A DNA stretch of 64,000 nt from Candidatus Latescibacterota bacterium (lineage in GTDB: Bacteria > Latescibacterota > UBA2968 > GCA-2709665). Shown here one piece after another: positions 58,454 to 64,000 of this stretch. The stretch lies in assembly GCA_965237675.1 (NCBI GenBank), contig OZ250150.1:2144001-2208000 (forward strand), given 5' to 3'. A program made the position numbers and the translations under genes. A model generated the notes under the pieces. That model had not been told where the DNA came from and made no database searches. It worked only from the letters and a program-made list of their open reading frames with translations. How positions within the stretch are numbered: position 1 is the first letter of the stretch; every line of letters starts with the position of its first letter.

Positions 58454-59353
58454 TCACGGCCTTTGTCGACTCGGTTTTATCACCTCAAAAATGTAATCAG
58501 CCAAGAAGATCGTATTCAAGCTGTTTTGCTGTGAAGAGTAGACTACCAAGCCGTGTATGGCGGCATGGCGATTAGGGACCCGGCTATTCTTGAGGCTTTC
58601 AAGGTGCTCGTCGCACACGACTTCTGTAAACAGTCCGAAGATTAAGTCGTCGCTCTGGGACACAGGCTTTTCTCCACGCTCGATTCTTTTCTTTTCTCGG
58701 ACTGCTTTTGTCAAATGTGCGAATATGGTTAGATCGTAGAGACCTCGATGTATAAAAGCATCAATGGATTTGTCGTCGTCAGTCAACTTTTTGATAAATT
58801 CCCAGTATCCGATACGTCCAATTTTGCTGCCGAATAGTTCTTTGCGAAACACCCGTTCGATTTCTGGAAATAAGACACGGCATACGCACCGGTAAAGTCC
58901 AGCTTCGTGAGCATCGAGTGCCTCGAAAAACGTCGCTTTGCCTTCTGCATCTATCCTATAATGCGCAAATCGCGTCTCCATTTCCGCGCGAACATTCTGC
59001 CAGTTGCTCGTGTAGTAGTCCAGGAGTTTGCTTCGAATCAATTCATCGTCCTCGCCAAATCCTGCGATATAATCGAATGGCGTTGTGTAGTGTGGCAACC
59101 AACCCGCCTTTTGCAGGACCTCGCAACTAAGGTTCCACTTTTGGAACTCCGCAATTACGTTTAATATTTCGGAAGCGTGGGTTTCCACAAAATGCCCCCA
59201 CGCTCTAAATAGGGGCTCGATTTGGCGGCCCAAGTCTTTAAGTATCCCGGTAGCAACCAGCCACTTCTTGAACCCGTCTGAAAACCCATCGGAATCAAGA
59301 AAGGCTCGATCTTTCTCGGGACTTTGAAGTCGTTTCCTGTCCATCCCACTCAC
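58454..59353 (-). CDS. Hypothetical protein with C-terminal HEPN-like RxxxxH motif
   Basis: FFEALDAHEAGLY...LFPEIE and NRHAAIHG; start overlaps the stop of the RM gene. Confidence 0.65.
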   Translation of the reverse strand: MSGMDRKRLQSPEKDRAFLDSDGFSDGFKKWLVATGILKDLGRQIEPLFRAWGHFVETHASEILNVIAEFQKWNLSCEVLQKAGWLPHYTTPFDYIAGFGEDDELIRSKLLDYYTSNWQNVRAEMETRFAHYRIDAEGKATFFEALDAHEAGLYRCVCRVLFPEIERVFRKELFGSKIGRIGYWEFIKKLTDDDKSIDAFIHRGLYDLTIFAHLTKAVREKKRIERGEKPVSQSDDLIFGLFTEVVCDEHLESLKNSRVPNRHAAIHGLVVYSSQQNSLNTIFLADYIFEVIKPSRQRP

Positions 59354-62300
59354 TCTCCGCCTCGTCCTGTCAACATCAATATCCCCGCAATTCTCCTCGA
59401 GACCTCCGCAAAGTACGCCACCTCATCGGGCTTGAGCGGCCGTTCAAGAATCTTTCCTTCCCTGTATGACAACCATTTCTTGAGGACCTGGTAACCGCCG
59501 AGTTTGTAATTCCAGATCGCGGCCGGGACGTTGCGCCAGAAAGCCTTGTCGTTCAGGTATATGTCAAAAGTGCTATCGCCCAGTACCGATTGCGCGGCGC
59601 CAAGCGCCTGGACTTCATTAGCCGTGTATTTTCGTTGTTCGACGCGGCCCTGCCCGGGCATCACCGCCTCGCCCGAACCGTAATGCCCCCAGTTGGCCGT
59701 GAGTTCAAAGTCATCTCCCGTCATATTGCGATTATCGACCGTAGCGGGCACGGAAATGGCCTCGATTTCCGGTCGCAGTGTGCCCTCGGTTACACCCGGC
59801 ACACGCGCACAGGGGTCGAGTAGCCGTGCCAGTTCGCGACCGCGAGCCGCGGAACCCGCAAGGTCCTGCGCTGCTCCTTCAGCCTGACCTTCTGGCCAAC
59901 CAGGCAGCGGAATGCGCGGCCACTCCATCTTAAGTGCTCCGGCATTGGCCAACAGGTATGCGGGATCGTGTAGCGTGGAAATGACATGGTAAAAGAGGTC
60001 CTCAACATCCCGGTTGAGATATCGCAGATAATTAGCCGCCTCAATAGTCAAGTTCCATGCGGGCTGCTTTGTCTTCGTTTCCTTATCATCGTAGCGAAGA
60101 TAAGCGGGGAACATGTTGGCGCCACGTTCGATTAGATGCAGCGAGGCGATATTTTCAGTGAAACACGACTGCGGTTCTTGAGCGCCCTTCCGGAGATGCT
60201 GCGAAGACGACAGCCACAAATTCCCATCGAACACATGTGGTCTGTAGTTGGAGCGTTTTTCGTCCAGCAGTTTCGTTTCAGCCTCCCAGTATAACCATCG
60301 GTTGTCGAACGGTCGATAAGCAAACCGGACGAATCCAGACTCACTCGGTCCACCACGTTCAAGCAGGGCTACCCGTACCTCTCGGGCATCGAAGCGAGCG
60401 GTGGTTTTCATCACGCCCGGATAACGCCGAGCAATATCGTCGTGGCTTATGGCCGCGTCGAAGTACTCGTTTACGCGCGCTCTTAGTCGAAGGGGATCGG
60501 TATCCACGAGAAACGGGTCGCGGCTGGTCTTGGTTCCCGGGAACGATACGGGGAAGAGATCGGGAAGCGCCGGACAGTCGAACCATTCCTTACTCACGGC
60601 CACGGGGAAGAAGGGCAGGCCGAGCGGCAAGACGGGCTTAATATCGTCGTAAATCGTGTTGGGTTCAGCTTCGGCTGTCTCAATCAGATCTACGGGTTTC
60701 TCTTTTCCCCATAGATGGCGAAATCCGACTGACTCTGCAGGGGCGTGGTCCGATTTGCGCACAAGTGTTGTTATCGCAGTGCCGACCTGGATGCCGACCG
60801 GGTCGCTATCGGTCGAAAAAATGCTAGGATCCGGCAAACCGTCCGGAGCGACTTTGCCGGTCTTGTATTTGTCACCGTTAAGGCAGTCGATGCGGACCGT
60901 GTCGAACGTCTCCAGGTAGCGCTCTCGCATTCCTGTGAAAGACAAGCCGTCCAGCCAGGAATAGTTGGAGATGAAACAGACGACGCCCTGGCCTGTACTT
61001 GCGATTTTGCGTTCGGCCATGCGGAAGAAGCGCACATAAAGATCGTTAAGGCCCTGGCCCTCCGGTCTGCGTACACGCCTCGTCGACCGGTAGGCTTTCA
61101 CCAATTCGCTCTCCTCGTCTATCGCCATACCTGCGAAGCCGTTATAGGGCGGATTGCCCAGGATCACCAGGATCGGCGTCTCCTGCTTAACCTGCCCAGC
61201 CCGGTCGCGTTCCTCCTGCAGTTCAGGAAAAGCAACCGTTTGCGATCCCTCGCCTGTGCCCTCCCAATCCGTCAGCGCATTTGTGAGATAGATGCCCGCG
61301 CGCTCAGTTCCGTCGTCGGAGAGGGCTACGCCAAGATCTCGCAAAGCGAGGTCAATCTGAAGGTGCGCAACGACGAAGGGTGCCGGCATGATCTCGAACC
61401 CGAACACCCGATCCATTGCAGCCTTCTTGACCTCTGCACCTGTCAGCGCGCCGAGTCCCCGGCCTTCCAGATTTGCGGCGATACGCCGCAGTACTTCGGC
61501 GAGATAGGCGCCGGTGCCGCAACACGGGTCCAGCACGTAGACGTTCTCCGCGGCCAGGCCGTCAGCTATTCCGAGATCGTCTTTGAGCGCTTTGTCGACG
61601 CGGGCGACCATGTAGCGTACCACTTCTGATGGCGTGTACCAGACGCCCAATTCCTTTCGCAGGTCGGGGTCGAATGCTTCCAGGAAGGGCTCGTAAAAGT
61701 AGGTTACTGCTTCTCCCTCCTGAAATCGTGCAAAGAAGGCGTCGCGGTCCACCCGGTCAAGCGCGGCGGACGTCCAGTCCAGCACCTCCACGAGGCCGAG
61801 CGGCTGCAGCCGGCCTGGCTGGGATATTTGCTGAAACAGTGCCTGCATTACTGGGGTGCGCAGATGCCAAACGGCTTCATGCCAATTAAACCCGATCCCT
61901 GTCGCGGGCTTTTGTCGCGCCCATAGCACCCACGCGGAGAAAATCCCGTAGAATAGCGTCTGTACCAGCGTCGAATGGAAAAAGCGCTCGCCCCGCTCGT
62001 CTTCGAAATGAACACCGAGCGACTCTTCCAGCGCGGATCTTACCGCATCGAGCGACGGCGTATCGCCGGCGGCATCAACACGGGCGAGGCCGTCGCGGGC
62101 GTAAGACGCAAGTAACCAGGCGAGGTCCTTCGGTTCGACAATCGCCGTACGGTGTGACAGCGCGCGGATCAGGTATTCGCCTAGCCCAGCGCCGATCTCC
62201 CCAGCGAAGGCGCGCGGCGTCTCCAGCTTGCGCCAGAATTCTTCCTCGGTGCCGGCGAGACGATAGCGCTCGAGCAACGTCTCTCCACCCGTCGCGTCCG

Positions 62301-62709
62301 GGCCGACGAGAGCGAACTCTCGCAAATTGGTGGTCAGCACGAGGCTGTACCGGTTCAGATAGCGCACGACTTGGCCCCGAACCTGCGATGCGCCCATATT
62401 TTCGGCAGGGGTTTTAACTTCCACTACGCCCCGTTCCGGCGTTTGTCCCTGGCGTGGACGACCCTTCTGGACCTGCTTCGCCTCGTAAAGGCCAAAATCG
62501 GGATGTCCCGCTCCCTGGTCTGCCAACTCGCCGACGCAGAACACCTTCGGCTTTAGCGTCTCCCCGACGGCGTTCAGCAGATTGGCCAAAGGCCCGTAGC
62601 TCGAGCGCTCGCCGGTTCCGCCACCCGTGGCGTGTATTCGTCGAAGGTCAGTGAAATAGCTCTCAACTGCAGTCGTCAATCGGGTCGCTGGGTTGGTCGT
62701 GATACGCAT
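59350..62709 (-). CDS. Single-chain restriction-modification enzyme (PD-(D/E)xK nuclease, N6-adenine MTase, type ISP-like specificity domain; no helicase)
   Basis: HPDFGL...VEVK, GVWYTP, VLDPCCGTG, GNPPY, YRPFD, YKLGGYQVLKKWLSYR. Confidence 0.88.
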   Translation of the reverse strand: MRITTNPATRLTTAVESYFTDLRRIHATGGGTGERSSYGPLANLLNAVGETLKPKVFCVGELADQGAGHPDFGLYEAKQVQKGRPRQGQTPERGVVEVKTPAENMGASQVRGQVVRYLNRYSLVLTTNLREFALVGPDATGGETLLERYRLAGTEEEFWRKLETPRAFAGEIGAGLGEYLIRALSHRTAIVEPKDLAWLLASYARDGLARVDAAGDTPSLDAVRSALEESLGVHFEDERGERFFHSTLVQTLFYGIFSAWVLWARQKPATGIGFNWHEAVWHLRTPVMQALFQQISQPGRLQPLGLVEVLDWTSAALDRVDRDAFFARFQEGEAVTYFYEPFLEAFDPDLRKELGVWYTPSEVVRYMVARVDKALKDDLGIADGLAAENVYVLDPCCGTGAYLAEVLRRIAANLEGRGLGALTGAEVKKAAMDRVFGFEIMPAPFVVAHLQIDLALRDLGVALSDDGTERAGIYLTNALTDWEGTGEGSQTVAFPELQEERDRAGQVKQETPILVILGNPPYNGFAGMAIDEESELVKAYRSTRRVRRPEGQGLNDLYVRFFRMAERKIASTGQGVVCFISNYSWLDGLSFTGMRERYLETFDTVRIDCLNGDKYKTGKVAPDGLPDPSIFSTDSDPVGIQVGTAITTLVRKSDHAPAESVGFRHLWGKEKPVDLIETAEAEPNTIYDDIKPVLPLGLPFFPVAVSKEWFDCPALPDLFPVSFPGTKTSRDPFLVDTDPLRLRARVNEYFDAAISHDDIARRYPGVMKTTARFDAREVRVALLERGGPSESGFVRFAYRPFDNRWLYWEAETKLLDEKRSNYRPHVFDGNLWLSSSQHLRKGAQEPQSCFTENIASLHLIERGANMFPAYLRYDDKETKTKQPAWNLTIEAANYLRYLNRDVEDLFYHVISTLHDPAYLLANAGALKMEWPRIPLPGWPEGQAEGAAQDLAGSAARGRELARLLDPCARVPGVTEGTLRPEIEAISVPATVDNRNMTGDDFELTANWGHYGSGEAVMPGQGRVEQRKYTANEVQALGAAQSVLGDSTFDIYLNDKAFWRNVPAAIWNYKLGGYQVLKKWLSYREGKILERPLKPDEVAYFAEVSRRIAGILMLTGRGGE

Positions 62710-62841
62710 CTTTCAAGGCTCCGGGTGTCTGCGACACTTGAACTTTGCCCCTAATTCCTATATGTTTCGGATATGGCCGGCATGAAACCTGTCACCTGCC
62801 GGCGAAAGTTTCCCTTGCCGACGCAGACCGCCGACATGCAA

Positions 62842-63264
62842 ATGAAACCCTGCCAGATCCTGAACCAGCGAATCGCGAGCCTGCTCGAACCTCGCCCGGA
62901 GGTTCTTGAGGCTTATCTATTCGGCTCTCGCGCGCACGGCCGGGCACAGTCCCACAGCGACATCGACGTCGCCGTTTACATCGATGAAACTGTCGTTGAA
63001 AAGAGCGCATTCGGGTATCGGGCACAACTCATCACGGAGATCATGGCCGGCCTACACAGCAACGACATCGATCTCCTGATTCTCAACCAGGCCCCTCCAG
63101 CTCTGTACTACCATGTGCTGCGCGACGGCATACGTGTCTTGTCCCGTGATTTGGCGGCGACAACGACGCGGGAAGGCCGTGCGGTTTCCCGATACTGCGA
63201 CTTTGTTCCCCAGCTTGCAAAAATGGATGCGGTGTGGCGTTTTCGCTTCGGTGGTGAACAGTGA
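62842..63264 (+). CDS. mntA: MNT nucleotidyltransferase antitoxin (MntA-like)
   Basis: YLFGSRAHGRAQSHSDIDVAV (GSx10DxD), IDLLILN. Confidence 0.88.
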   Translation: MKPCQILNQRIASLLEPRPEVLEAYLFGSRAHGRAQSHSDIDVAVYIDETVVEKSAFGYRAQLITEIMAGLHSNDIDLLILNQAPPALYYHVLRDGIRVLSRDLAATTTREGRAVSRYCDFVPQLAKMDAVWRFRFGGEQ

Positions 63265-63698
63265 CTCCCGGACGACCGAATCCCTCTGTCGTGCGGCGGC
63301 ACCTCACCGCATTGAGTTTCGCGGTTGGCAACTTGCGTCGGCATTCGGATACGACGGCCGCTCAGCTCCGCGACAATTCCGATCTTCGCTGGTTAGTCGA
63401 ACGCGGCCTTCATCTCTGTGCCCAGAACGCGCTCGACGTAGCAACCCATCTGGCATTATCCGCCGGCCTTGATGCGCCGGATTACGCAACCGCCATTGAC
63501 CGACTTGCAGAGATGAACGTGTTACCCGATGATTTCGCAGCGCACTTTCGGGCTGTGGCGGGTTTCCGCAACGTGCTCGTCCACGGCTACCTTGACGTCG
63601 ACCTCGATCTGATCGGGCAACTCCTCGTCCGGCAACTAGATGACTTCGAGACGTTTGCTCGCCACGTCGAACAATGGCTTGCCAGACTTGGCGAGTGA
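63261..63698 (+). CDS. hepT: HEPN (DUF86/HepT-like) toxin
   Basis: VER, GFRNVLVHGY motif; GTGA overlap with the MNT gene. Confidence 0.88.
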   Translation: MTPGRPNPSVVRRHLTALSFAVGNLRRHSDTTAAQLRDNSDLRWLVERGLHLCAQNALDVATHLALSAGLDAPDYATAIDRLAEMNVLPDDFAAHFRAVAGFRNVLVHGYLDVDLDLIGQLLVRQLDDFETFARHVEQWLARLGE

Positions 63699-63875
63699 GG
63701 AACAGCGCATTGAGATGTGTCGGCCGGAGCAGTGCTTTGACTGTCAACCAGGCGGATCTTCGATTGTCAATCCGGTCGGTCTCAGCTCTCAGAGGCAGCG
63801 CGCCTTGCAATAAAAGTCGAGTGTTCAGCCACTTCTTGAGATACTCTGTTTGATCTTCCGCCAGGTGTCGAACCC

Positions 63876-63998
63876 TCATTCCGGCCCTTCGCCGACGGCG
63901 TTCTTTTCCCAGATTTCCCCCAGCGCGTAGTCCTCCACCCATGAGTCGAGCGCTTCGGCATGGGGCCTCTCGAACTCCGTGGCTTCTTTATTTCGTTC
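63876..63998 (-). CDS. 3' end of an unidentified gene (cut by window edge)
   Basis: Open frame from the edge: ERNKEATEFERPHAEALDSWVEDYALGEIWEKNAVGEGPE*. Confidence 0.3.
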   Translation of the reverse strand, partial: ERNKEATEFERPHAEALDSWVEDYALGEIWEKNAVGEGPE

Positions 63999-64000
63999 CA

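Noticed and set aside
63304-63942. 212-aa minus-strand ORF
   Set aside because: Mostly antisense to the HEPN toxin gene; no motifs

Overview
Bacterial window with two parts. Positions ~2.1-45.5 kb are GC-rich core/metabolic DNA: a secreted WD40 protein with a C-terminal EF-hand/dockerin-like pair, trmJ, bioF, an in-frame lnt-tatC fusion, a Ca/Na antiporter, rfbB/rfbC, uvrA, tRNA-Arg(UCG), hemL, two PQQ-like beta-propellers, a large putative sugar-acid/amino-sugar catabolic region with a TonB-dependent receptor, and an EcxA-like metalloprotease. This gene style suggests (inference only) a Latescibacterota/Gemmatimonadota-like or sponge-associated organism. Positions ~46-64 kb are a visibly more AT-rich, partly decaying defence island. 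It holds two tandem DUF5131 (Cx6Cx2C) + TcmP methyltransferase-like modules, each followed by a homologous ~61-69 aa ORF; the second tcmP is split by an IS1380 with a TTAG target duplication. It also holds a YgiT zinc finger fused to an RxxxxH domain, a frameshifted Thr1 Ntn/proteasome-like protein, orphan tandem NrdR-like boxes, an AlbA_2 protein, a HEPN-motif protein coupled to a single-chain nuclease-methyltransferase, and an MNT-HEPN toxin-antitoxin pair. Best candidates for new biology: the three-gene DUF5131-TcmP-small ORF unit and the Lnt-TatC fusion. All calls come from motif recognition by eye; no database searches were run.
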